Shown piece after piece: positions 1 to 11,700 of a DNA stretch of 64,000 nt. The notes beneath the pieces were generated by a model. It did not search any database and had not been told where the DNA came from. It was given only the letters and a program-made list of their open reading frames with translations. A program made the position numbers and the translations under genes. How positions within the stretch are numbered: position 1 is the first letter of the stretch; each line of letters opens with the position of its first letter. Source of the DNA: Phallusia mammillata (lineage: Eukaryota); the NCBI GenBank assembly GCA_965637545.1, contig OZ281500.1, positions 12,400,001 to 12,464,000 on the forward strand. The letters run 5' to 3'.

Positions 1-269
1 TTTAAAATCGTTCTTCATAGGCGACAAACCAAAATGCATTGTGACATTTTAGCCCCATTGTGATGCAACAGACGTAAATTTTCAATGGCAACAAACGTCA
101 CATCACAATGTAATGGCTCTTTATTATTGAGTTCCGATGTCGCAGTGCAGTCAAAGTGATTAATTTTTTGGTCCTGGACCAAACGTGGTTGGTATAGTCT
201 GCACCATTTTTGGGTTGCTTGTTAATAAAATAGGACAAAAAATACCAAAACCTCCATAGGGGTCCGCGA

Positions 270-324
270 TTAGCTTGACAGTACCAAAAGGGGTCCGCAA
301 AGGCAAAAAGGTTGAGAACCACTG
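270..324. mobile_element. Right end of a hAT-type MITE (left end not identified)
   Basis: Ends GGTTGAGAACCACTG (310-324), the reverse complement of a CAGTGGTTCTCAACC hAT-type TIR, preceded by GGGTCCGC subterminal repeats. No matching left TIR or TSD found. Confidence 0.5.
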
Positions 325-346
325 CTATAGAGCAAATAGTTGACAC

Positions 347-943
347 CAGTGGTCTTCAACTTTTTTTAAAAGCGACCCCAATTAAAAAGAAGATGAAATC
401 ATCATTTACATGCGACGGTCGACCCATTTTTTTTCTTTCTGCCAAAATTGCCGAAACTGAAACTATTTTCATGTAAATTTTCCCGCTAATTTTTAAAGTC
501 GACTTTAAATATTTGCATTCAGCGTGCATTATTACGGTCAAATGTTAGAATCCAAAAGTTTTATTTAATTTGGCCAATCTAATTCGCGTTATAGATCACC
601 AGTTTGCAGAAATCAGTAAATTTATGTATTTTCCCTGTACCCGCTGTATTATTTTGTCATTCATGTGACTTTATTGCGTAACAATCGGTTGAACAACTCG
701 TGTATTATATAGATTTGGGTCGCAACTATTCGGTTTTGGATTATTGCACCACAATTAAGGATTCGATCGTGACGCGAGGTACCAAGTTGTACTGCAAAAC
801 ATGAGTGAAGGTTGTGAACTAGAACAAAAACGTATTATTTTTGGCTAACAAATTTAAAAGCCAATAAATTTAATTTATAGCGACCCCAGAAAAAGTTTAG
901 GCGACCCCACTTGGGGTCGCGACCCACAGGTTGAAGACCACTG
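347..943. mobile_element. hAT-type MITE
   Basis: TIRs CAGTGGTCTTCAAC (347-360) and GTTGAAGACCACTG (930-943); 8-bp TSD GTTGACAC/GTTTACAC (1 mismatch); subterminal GCGACCC repeats. Confidence 0.85.
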
Positions 944-1073
944 GTTTACACAATCAACCTAATTAAAAAGACATGTTTGGTCAAAACCAGGGTTGTCATC
1001 GACATTTATTCCTAAATAAGGACATTTAAAAAAAAATTCAAATGAAACACGTTTTTGAACAAATTTTTGCATG

Positions 1074-2003
1074 AAATAAGCTACCACAAGCCGACCAGTA
1101 CCATGCGCTATTTACACTTCACATCCCATCATCCTTTGTACCAGAAAAGGGCTGTTATCAAAGCACTCAAAGACCAGGCCAGACGCTTGACGACAGACCC
1201 AGCATTGCTTCAGGCGGAGTTGCACAGGGTAAATGAGGCCCTGCGGTTAAATGGCTACCCGAACTGGATTCTCCGTGATCACAAAAAGGTTTCACGGAAA
1301 GAGATCCAGTACAAAGAACGTGCCTTCGTCACCTTACCCTACATACCAGGGTTAACAGATGTAATCCGTCGTATGTTGACCGATTTCGGAGTATCGGTTG
1401 GGGTCAAACCAGCAAACACCCTACGTCAGATGCTGTCGCACCCAAAAGACCCTCTAGAGTCTAGATGCTACTGCAACTAGGGGTGTGGTGTATGCTATAC
1501 CATGCGGGGAGTGTGACGAAATATACATCGGTGAGACTGGTAGAAGTCTAAATACGCGCCGGAAGGAGCACGAAAGGGATGTGTGCAAGAATGATGCGAA
1601 GAAATCAGCGTTGGCAAACCATGCAACGACTCACCACCACAGCATTAATTTTTCTGCTGCTCAGGTGTTGGTGAAGGAAACTGATTATCACAAGCGAAGT
1701 TTCCTAGAGTCCTGGAACATCCATTCACGCGCCAACACAATGAACGTTAAAACAGATGTTCTAATGCCGATAAATTATCGGTCGCTTTTACACCACTGAG
1801 CTTGTTTTATCGCTACGGTGGTGCGAGTTTGCAGCCGCGCGATCTTGTTATCGCTGTTTTACATGTGTGTGTTTTGCATTTTGTCGCTTTAAAAGAAATT
1901 TGTCTTGCAAGTTATGTCATTATCCTGATGAAGGCGTCTTGTATAGGACGTCGAAACGTCGATTGTTTACAATAAAACTGCTGGATGAGCAATACTTGGT
2001 CAT
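1074..2003 (+). mobile_element. 5'-truncated Penelope-like retroelement (RT thumb region plus GIY-YIG endonuclease, frameshifted once)
   Basis: ORF 1055-1480 has HKPT...YLHFTSHHP...K..VI (end of PLE RT). ORF 1485-1799 has VYAIPC..C...YIGETGR.L..R..EH...SALANH (GIY-YIG). Flanked by an exact 15-bp direct repeat ACAAATTTTTGCATG (1059-1073 and 2004-2018). Confidence 0.9.
1920..1965 (+). ncRNA. Minimal type I hammerhead ribozyme motif in the Penelope pseudo-LTR
   Basis: CTGATGA core 1925-1931; stem II GGCGTC 1933-1938 / GACGTC 1947-1952; GAAA 1953-1956; palindromic ACGT stem III; GTC cleavage triplet ending at 1960; short stem I ATC/GAT. Confidence 0.7.
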
Positions 2004-3333
2004 ACAAATTTTTGCATGTATACGAATCACGACATATCACATTTATTGCCAGAAACAGTTAAGCTGTTCCGTTAACTCCTTGATGGTAGAAAATACGTGC
2101 ATCTCACGACAGCTCAAGTCTAGGTGTACTTTTACTTTTAGAAGAGATTTGGCTGTCATTTCACTAAGTCTGTTCATTTGTATTGTTAAAAAAAAGACAA
2201 AATAAGGACCAAGTTGATTTTCGCTTTTTACTTTTGTGCGACCCGCGAACAATTTTTGCACGTAAATCATTGAATCGATGGTAGTAATTAAAACATTGAT
2301 CATTAAATACAAAGTCATTGCATCTATTGTGGGCCAAGAATAGCCTTCCGCTCTTTGTGACGACATTACACATTCTGTTTGTTGCAAACATCGGCACTTG
2401 GGAAACTTTAAAACAGTTTTAACTGAGTAGTGGCAGAGGTGCTTTGTGTCAATTATTTTTGGCTTTGAAACAGAAAATTCAGCCTGATGTGCGGCCCGCT
2501 AAGTGTTTGTTAAACCCTAATATGGCACTTTATTCTCTTAGTCTTGGACCACCCTGATATAAAATGATTGGAGAGCGGCCTTCTGCGTAACGGTTTCGTA
2601 ACGAAAACATGTCATATGATTTTGATCGACCGACAGACGCAATAACTGTCACCAACCTCGACGGTTGTGACGTAATAGAGGAGATAATCCAGCAAATATC
2701 AAAATCATGGAGGAATTGCGTCAGAAGCCAGCAATACCAGCTGGAGTGGGAACTCAATTACGCCGAGTTCTTGTTCTACATCTAAGATTGTAATAACCGT
2801 TGCCGGTAAAATGTGTAACCTAACTTGTTTAGCATCGATATTTATGATTGCTACAAAAGCTTCGAGTCGTTAGCTGTTTATTGTAGAATTTTGACAATAC
2901 CGTGGTAGAGTTTTGACAAATCCTAGCTTAGCTGGAAAGTCACGGGCCGGAAACGACTAATCTAGCTTTACTGACCGTCCGAGAACTTTATGACAGTTAC
3001 GGAATAGCCGTCATGTGTGACTTTGTTAATCTGAGGTACCGGTCACAGAGAATTTTTAAGAATTTAAATAATGATATCACGTTAGGTTCCTTCACACAGA
3101 TTTTTCTTCAGTGCCAGAAAAAGGTGTTGCGACTGCTCAAAAACAGCAAAAATTATTAATTCTTGTTGTTTGGTAGTTCTTTTTTTTCTTCGCCGTTTAA
3201 GTGTTTCATTTATGTGCTCACAATCGCTTTCTTTCGTCGTACATGCTGTATTAAAAACGACTCAGGTTACAATTATTTTCATTGTACTTTTTGCAGCATT
3301 GAGCTCCTTTTTCGTTAACCTGTTCTTGCAGTC

Positions 3334-6300
3334 ATGAGCCGTAGGAGAAGCCTAATCGATGATGCAAGAGATTCAAGTATTGGTAAGTTTTGTGCTTTTC
3401 ATTGTTTTTGTTAATGGCGTATTGATAAACAACGGGATATTGTGACAACGCAGAGATTACGTAAATTTAAAATAATAAACCAATGTTAATCGAGCTACAT
3501 CTTCATGTGTTAGACTCTTCTCAGGAGCGACTGGACACCATTGAAATGATCATTGAATCAAACTCTGGTCAATTGGAAAAGCAATTTGTTGTCGACATAT
3601 TTGAGGTAAAGTACTTTTACGTTTTGCTGCAAATGGCACTGCTGTTTGCAATTGTGTTCAAAATTGTTTCTGTTTGGCAGAAGGAGGATACTATTGTTTT
3701 CGTGGAGTCGCGTGCAGAAATAAAATTAAAAAGGCGTAAGCAAAGTTATAGCGTTTTGCTTGTAATTGTTCACAAAAATAGCTGAAACTCTTTGTCAACA
3801 GAAAACAAAAACGGACCATCCTGTACCAACGGACTTTACGTTTTCTGTCAGGGATCAGCTGATAAAATTCTTGCAGTCCTGGAAAATGCAACGAAGCACA
3901 AACTTTTGGTCACCATATTCTCCTACTTTAAACAAACAGGTGTGTTATAAATTGACTGGAAATATTGGTTGGGAATAGTTGCTAAACCTATAATATACCA
4001 GGAATTTGGTTTCCACGTTCTAAGCAAGATTTGGACAAGTGCGAACACCTATCAACAGAATACGATCCAACAGTTCTAACTTCACATCCAGGCTTTTGCG
4101 ACGAAAAATATAGGCAACGAAGGAATCAGATTTCGCAACTTGCCATGGAATATAAAGAGTAAGATCGTACAAGCCGGCATGGCGAAAACAAATAATGATC
4201 AAAATATACATTCATAAAAACCAAAAAAATAAACAAAAAACTTGAAGTAAAGTATCCGACAGTAGCAAGTCGAATCTATGGAATAAAAAGTCAAACGTGT
4301 TTTAATTATCCCAGTGTTAAATGCTTCCGCTAGAATGCGCTATAGAATACCAAAAATGTAACTGTTTTAATTTAAAACGGTCAAATATGAATGGCTTGAT
4401 TCTATTGTTTTCAAGGACAAAAACAATTCCATCAATCGTGTACACGAAGGAAGAAACTGAAATTTGGGGTAAAGTTTATTCCAGTGTAAAGATGCAACAC
4501 AAAAAATGGGCATGTGCTGAGTATTTAACTGGTTTTAACCTCCTTGAACGTCATTGTGGCTACTCCATCAACCAAATTCCACAACTTCAGACAGTTTCGG
4601 CATATTTGGAAAGTACGTTATGTAATAACTACACAATATACTCAACTCAGTTCGTGGTATTGTCCGAACCATCGTTTACATTAGATGTACTTATTTGCTC
4701 TTCATTAAATTAAATATACCAATCAAAAAATAACAATGTAACGCGCAACACAAATTTTTTGGATCACAAAAACTTAACTTTGTGTACTTAATTAACGTAA
4801 CTATTGTCATGTCAGAAACGACCGGATTTCAGCTTCGGCCGATTGGCGGTTTGCTTACAGCTCGAGACTTTCTGGCAAGCTTGGCTTTCAAAGTATTTCA
4901 ATGCACACAATACGTACGACATCATTCATCGCCCAATCACACGCCAGAACCGTGAGTTAATACAGATGCACAAGTTTTTTGTCGATTAAACAGTAAAAAC
5001 ATCTTTAGAATAAAGTACCAAACACATAACAGGTGGAACGTAGCTTTTATTCATTTTGCTTTCTGCAGGGACTGCTGTCACGAACTGATTGGTCATGTGC
5101 CGATGCTTTTAGACTCAACATTTGCTCAGTTTTCCCAGGAGATTGGTTTGGCATCGTTAGGAGTGAGTGACGAAGACATTGAAAAACTAGCCACGGTAAC
5201 TATACACGTCGTATACTGTTTATGCTGTTCGCTTAAAGTACCTCGATGTGAAACCACATAATTTTCTGTCAAGCCCCACCCTTCCGCTTTACGTCCAACC
5301 TTAAAGGCATGATTGAATTTCACATGTAGCCTACATTCCTTTCATACATTCAAACAATCGATAGTCTTGACGCCCCAAACACCGAATTTAGTTGCTTTTA
5401 ATATTTCCGCACTGGTGTGACTTTACCATCGATATTGTCCGTTTTTGATTACAATAGTATTAGACATGTCATTTTGGGTGGTGCTTCTATGTCAACCAGT
5501 GGCATAATGTACTTTTCTTCCTCAGTTATACTGGTTTACGGTTGAATTTGGGCTTTGCCGAGAGCACGGCCAAGTGAAAGCTTATGGAGCTGGTTTACTT
5601 TCATCTTGCGGAGAACTGCAGGTAAACAGTATATAGTTAAGTAAGTTAACTATACACAATTGTATATATTTTTACACATTTATTGTTTAGAATACAATTG
5701 GTATACTCACATCGCTATTTAGTGTTGCAAACATATGTTAATTTTGTTTGTTAATTTTGTAGCATGCAGTATCCGATGTGCCACAACATTTGCCGCTCGA
5801 GGTTGAAACCGCAGCTAGACAAGACTACCAAGACTCGGACTACCAGCCGCTGTACTTTGTTGCTGAAAGTCTGAGTCGTGCATTGGATCAAGTCAGGTGA
5901 TCATTTATAAATGTAGTAATATACCCTTTGTACAAACGAAACCGGTTTGAAATTTGCCTAGCTTCATCAGAACCGAATCTAAACATCCTAATCACAAATT
6001 AACGAAAAAGGCAGCTTACTCCTGATCGTTAAACCGGAACAGCTAATAAATTAGTATTGACAACAAACTTACGATGCCAAAAAGTTCTTGCAGTAAAAAG
6101 TTTTATTAGAATTTTAGCAATAGTAAAATACCAAATAAAACCAAACCTATTATTACAAATATCAACTTATGGACAATAAGGAGTAGCAGCTTTGCCTTCG
6201 GTTTTCAAAAATCTAGTTCGGAATTTGGAATTTCAATGTTTCTACTAATCCTTTTAGTGCCTTACGGTATATGCTGAATGAAATATTTATGTTCGCACAG

Positions 6301-6382
6301 ATACTTCTCGCGTCATAACATCAAGAGACCATTTTCTGTTCGATACAACGAAAACATCGATCGTATTCAACTGCAGACGTAG
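3334..6382 (+). CDS. TH: Tyrosine hydroxylase (about 11 coding exons)
   Basis: Exons with GT-AG junctions translate to [12 protein letters not shown] (TH Ser40 motif RRxSLIxDAR), an ACT-like domain, [55 protein letters not shown] (TH-type DCCHE), [10 protein letters not shown] (iron ligands), YQDSDYQP (Asp matching the TH specificity residue rat Asp425) and RPFSVRY; stop TAG at 6380-6382. Confidence 0.93.
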
Positions 6383-8739
6383 TCTATGATTTATCACGTA
6401 CAAACATGAAACGCAAACTTATCAGCAGCAACACTGTACAAATTGCACATTCGTAACATCTAAAAAATATAATCTGTTATCACTTGCTGTGATTTGTAGC
6501 TAAAGGTTGATGAAAGAGCTAGGGATGTGGAAAGAAGCTGGAAAATTCGTTTGTTGCCGCGGGTTTGATTGCATTCTTTTCTTCTGATCCAGTCAATTGC
6601 GTTTCTAAAAACAGTTCGTTTGAAATCAGGTCAACAGTTGTAGCGCCAGCATGTACCTTTCGGTTGCATATATTTTTCTTTAGAACAGCTAGACAAGGCA
6701 ACCTTTAACAAGGATTGAGAAATCACAGAATGTTTGGAAAAGACGATATAAATGTGTATTATTAGCCTACGTGTCACAACTTTGCCAGTGGGAATTGAAT
6801 TATTCACGAATCTGTTCGCTAATTGGTTTAGCCTCAGTTTAAAGTCTTGTCTGGCCCCTTGAACATTTGAAACAGGTTTAGAGTACTTTTTTCAGTCCAA
6901 CGATTTACATTTTTATTTTATCAAGGGGTGCGTGGCAACTTCTAGTGTGTGGCCCTTCATCGTTGTGTGAGTGAAAGGACTTAGCCTATTTACAGTTGTG
7001 CTTTTCCAAAGTTTGAACACGCACATTAAATTTGTAAACATAAAGATGGCTGCATAGTATGACTTAATTTCCTTTTTTGCTTTAGAAATTTTATGACAAA
7101 TACGTCTTTGTGATTCACCTACGATTGTTACCCAACAAACAATTGAAAAAGCGAGTGCGTTGGTGTTAATTTAAGCAAATATGTTGAGAGTAGATTGAGG
7201 TTCGATTTAGTGTCAAACCTGTAAAAATATAAGGAACGTGAAGTTAGTCAGACTGTTACGGTGTAGTAGAGCGACCTTCACTGGTTGCTGTAAGCCTATA
7301 GAGGCAGTAAAAACTATTCAATTGCAGGGTGGCTGTGGTCTTTCTTATATTTAGGGTTTCCCAATGTTACCTTTTCAGCATTGTTTTAATATTTGGCACC
7401 ATTTGTTGTTAAAGATTAGCGCAAATTGAATTCGATGTTTTAAACATAAGATTAAACTTTCCTGGTTTTCGCCGTGAAAATTGACAGAAAGTTGAAGTAA
7501 AAAAGCTTGGTGAAACATACAATATTAGTATACTTGGTGCCTGCTACAATTAAAATGTAGCCTTTAATCTAACGGCGGAACTTTTTAGCGAGGCATCAGG
7601 GCATTCAACACATTCCTACCATGAATTATTATTTATCGTGTTACATCTTTTAGTGGTTTTACCACGCACACTAGCATTTCGATAACCGACGAATTCTTAT
7701 GTCACATGAGACAGGTGCCCCGCCACATCCGCGATTGCCATTTCCCCTCTGTAATTACGATCAGCATAAGTGATTGTGCGCTCTAAGCCCACTCAACGCT
7801 CTTAACGCAACTCGCGCAGTAATCGTAGCATAGAAAACGGCATGAACCACGTTGTCTGAAAGAGCCGGTACAGCTGTTCTGTTTGCAGTGAGAAGCATAT
7901 GTGGTCCACGTGCAAGTTAACGTTCTTTGCCAACTATGGTTCAGATACAGCTTACTGTTTGTATGCTACGGGCGGCTTTTTGATATCATTTAATGGGTTG
8001 GTTGTGAGTTTACATGTGAGAAATTCGAGGAGACTTGGAGCCATTGTGTTCGCAGTGCAGTACAGTGTATTTATACCGCTTAAAATGTGTCATTCATGAC
8101 CCGGAACGTCACTGCACTCAATCGAGTTAAAACAAATTCAAACTATTCAAGCAACATTTTGCTTGACTTGTATCGATGTAAGTTTACATACATCGATCTG
8201 GCGAGTTAAACCGTCTGTAAAATTCTAAGTATATCTTTAAGACCGTCCGTCCGTCTGCGGTAGCATGGCAAGTTCGTGCGGTGTTGACGGTCGATTACTT
8301 AAATAAGGTCCGGTTGATGACGGACTTTAGTTGCCGTTTGTGTGCACGCAAGTAGGAAGTAGGAAGTGGGTTGGGTTGCCTTTGATGTTGTGATTAGTTA
8401 AGTTAATAAATCTGTTTCGTTGAGCAAATTAAATCATGGCACCAGGAAATTTGATGTAAATATAGATACAGCATGAAACGACAACAGCAAGTGCGTCAAA
8501 TGTGTTCAGTGTAAGTTGATTTTAAATTGGCAACATTTCACCCGAGGAAACTGAACAGTATAGTCACTTTCATACGTGGACATATAACAAGCATAACTAC
8601 ATCTGAAATGCAATGTGCGTAAACATAACGTGCTCGATGCAAGTGTGGATGTGGATCATAACGTTGTATCTTTTTGTTTAATCAGGTTTCTGTTTCGGGT
8701 TAGGTTTAAGTTTCACTTTTGGACCTAGCTGTTTCCAGT

Positions 8740-11700
8740 ATGCAAATCCGTGATCGAGTTATTAGTGGAGGCCAGTCAACATCCAACGGACACTCCAATG
8801 GGATCAGCAACGGCGTAGCTAATGGTACAACTCATTCCAAAACTATGAAACCTGTGGCCTCTTGGGGAAGGGCATGGTGGGTTAAAAACGATAACTACAA
8901 ACAAATAATTAATAAACAGTGTTGTGTTTAGGAGTGTGGATACGAAGACTGTCTTAGGCTGTCTTTTTCTTCTTACTTTATGTCCCTTGATGCCGATTTT
9001 TTTCAACGATGCTTGCACCAACCACGAGTGCAGCTTGAAAAAAACCCTGTTGAATTGGACTTTTAAAGGGCCACCTTTTGCACATTTTGCCAACCGCGTG
9101 TGGAGCTCCTTGTATCCTACAATGTTGCTATATTTAACATGGATTACTGGCCAGGTACGCAAACGACCAACTTTCGATATATTGTTAAATGATTAGATTT
9201 CTCAAAAATGCTTTACCAGTAAATCTGTTAAAATGTATGTTTTGACAAAGTTTTATTTCATCAGGTTGTTCTTGCTTTGCTGCCAGATATTGTTCATCAC
9301 ATATTTCCATCGTATGTCGGAGGTATTCGTATGGGTGCCGTTACCCCAGCTGGCCACAGTATTAAGTATAGAATCAACGGTTTGCAGGTACATGCTGTGT
9401 CTAGTTTAAATGTAAAGCTTCTGCTTAAACTAGAAAGTGTCATGTCCAGTAACCCTTCATCATGCGTCACATTATTAATTCGCGTGTCAAAAATGAATTC
9501 TACTTCCTTGACTTTAGGCGTGGCTCATCACACATTTTGCGTGGTTCCTCAACGCATTCTATCTTCATTGGTTCTCACCAGCGATGTTGTTTCGTCTCTG
9601 GGGTCCACTGCTTGTCGTTGTTAACATTCTTGCATACTCCTTGTCTTTTTTCGTGTATATAAAAGGTAGCCAACATGGATTTAAGCCTAAAATTAAGTAA
9701 ATGTAGAAACAATCTTGTGGACCCAAAGTAATTTTCGGTAACAACCTCAAAAATTGTGGTATTTTTTGAACATACGAGATGTGAACATAAACACAAATTC
9801 ATTTTTGTGCAAGGTATTTTCTTTCCCAATCATCCTGATGACTGCAAGCAAAGTGGCAGCGCCATCTATGACTTTGTTATGGGCATCGAGTTCAATCCCC
9901 GTGTTGGTTTGTTCGACTTCAAACTTTTCTTCAACGGAAGACCAGGTCTGATGATATTTGCCAAATAAAATTGGTTTTTGCCTCATAAATTCCAATAAGT
10001 GTGATACTGCATTATGAATTGTACAGTTATGTAACTTTTTGGGGGCATGGAACTGAATCCACAACATGACGTCAAAAAACGTTGTGGCGCAGCATTTATG
10101 TTTAAAGCAGTTTATGCCATTCAGTGCTTTGCCCCCTTTTCTCTGTTTTATATTCATAGTCTCTTTATATCCATGTTTTATACCATATTATATTTCCCAT
10201 GAATTTCCTATAGTAATTATGGGTCCCCTTCCCTGAAGGGGACACATATTGTTTTTGTTTACATTTTTTTTCTTTTTTTTCCCGTCTTACGCGGATTTGT
10301 TCCCACGTTTTGGTCAAGAAAGAATGGTTCTTTTTCAAATTTACACACATTATAGATATTGGTCTAAAGATGGCCCATGTGAATTTTGACCCCGTTTGAT
10401 CCCTCGGTTCACTCACAGCCCCCCAAAACGTGAAATTTTTAAAACGGCTATACTTGCTTAAGCAGATGATTCTGGAGTTTCATACTTTTTTGATTGGTAC
10501 ATTGCAGCGTATTTTAAAGTATTTTGTAACTTGAAGTTGTATATATCCATTTTCACCCCTTTACCCCCAAATATTTGTTTGTTTGTTCACATGTTAATGA
10601 GGTCAGAAATACAAGACTTAACCTGCTGAAATTTTAAACAGCTGTGGATAGGGTGCTCCTTGTTGGCTGTTAAAAATTTCGGTGCAATCGGCTCAATAAT
10701 TACTCTTACAGCCCCAAATATGTTTTTACATGCTGTCTTTTGTCAAATTTGTGCTCGCTCAGTGCACAGCTGACGCAATGGGAGTGATTGACGATAGTGG
10801 CGCATGGAAAAAAATGCCTCTGCTTCACGCATGAACGCAGTCGTCACTTGACCATTTTCTCACTGGTTGGAATTAAGATGTTACGATGTTAGTTATATTG
10901 CGCTGTAAACGTTAATGTAGGTCAACTTATTCGTGTTTCAAAACGCAGAGCGAAAACGTTGCACCTGTGTAACGTGACTTCTCAAACTGAAAGCGTTAAT
11001 AAAAATGTTTCATAACAGGTTTTTAACATAAAAAGCCCAGCTAAGCAATCGTATTGTTGGTATATAGAAACTTAACGGCGCCAGGGAAGCTATGTGCAGA
11101 TTAAAAATCATAATTCAACAAACAAAGGGCTATTAAGGAAAAAAAATGTTGAAACTTTGTTAAAAGTTTAAATAGTTGGACTCATCCATTTTCCACCTCG
11201 TGAAAACAACGCGCAACTCCATGTCGAAGAAATCCCAATTGGGCGCGAAAAGCGCAAACCTGCCCACTGAAAAGCGAATATCTCGGCCTCGCGCATAACT
11301 GGACGTGCTATCAGGCAGTCTTTTTGCACTGTGCAATTAAGATATGTTTGTAGATCTTTTAAAAACGTTAGTTATGCAATTGTTGTATCACGCAGTTTTG
11401 CGTCTTATGGCGGTTAACGACAGGCCCCTCCTGCCGCGATCGGTGCCCATTGGTTTTTGCTTGCAAAAACAATTATGTTATAACAGGCCACAAAAATATT
11501 GGTACCATACTGAATGTATCCATCACATATACATCCCTTACAATTATAATGAATGGTGCGTAAATATGGCACAGTTTCTGTAAAGTGGAATATATAGGAA
11601 AACCACTATTCCAGTTTAACATTGATTGTGCCCTATTTTACTTTTACCAAATCGCAGATGCACATGTGTGGGGACCCATTAGATTATGCTTGCAGAAACA

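Noticed and set aside
3322-8745. Splice acceptors immediately before the TH and DHCR7 ATGs as evidence of spliced-leader trans-splicing
   Set aside because: A good cis donor (GTAAGT at ~8511) lies upstream of DHCR7, so ordinary 5'UTR introns explain the pattern; this cannot be decided from DNA alone.
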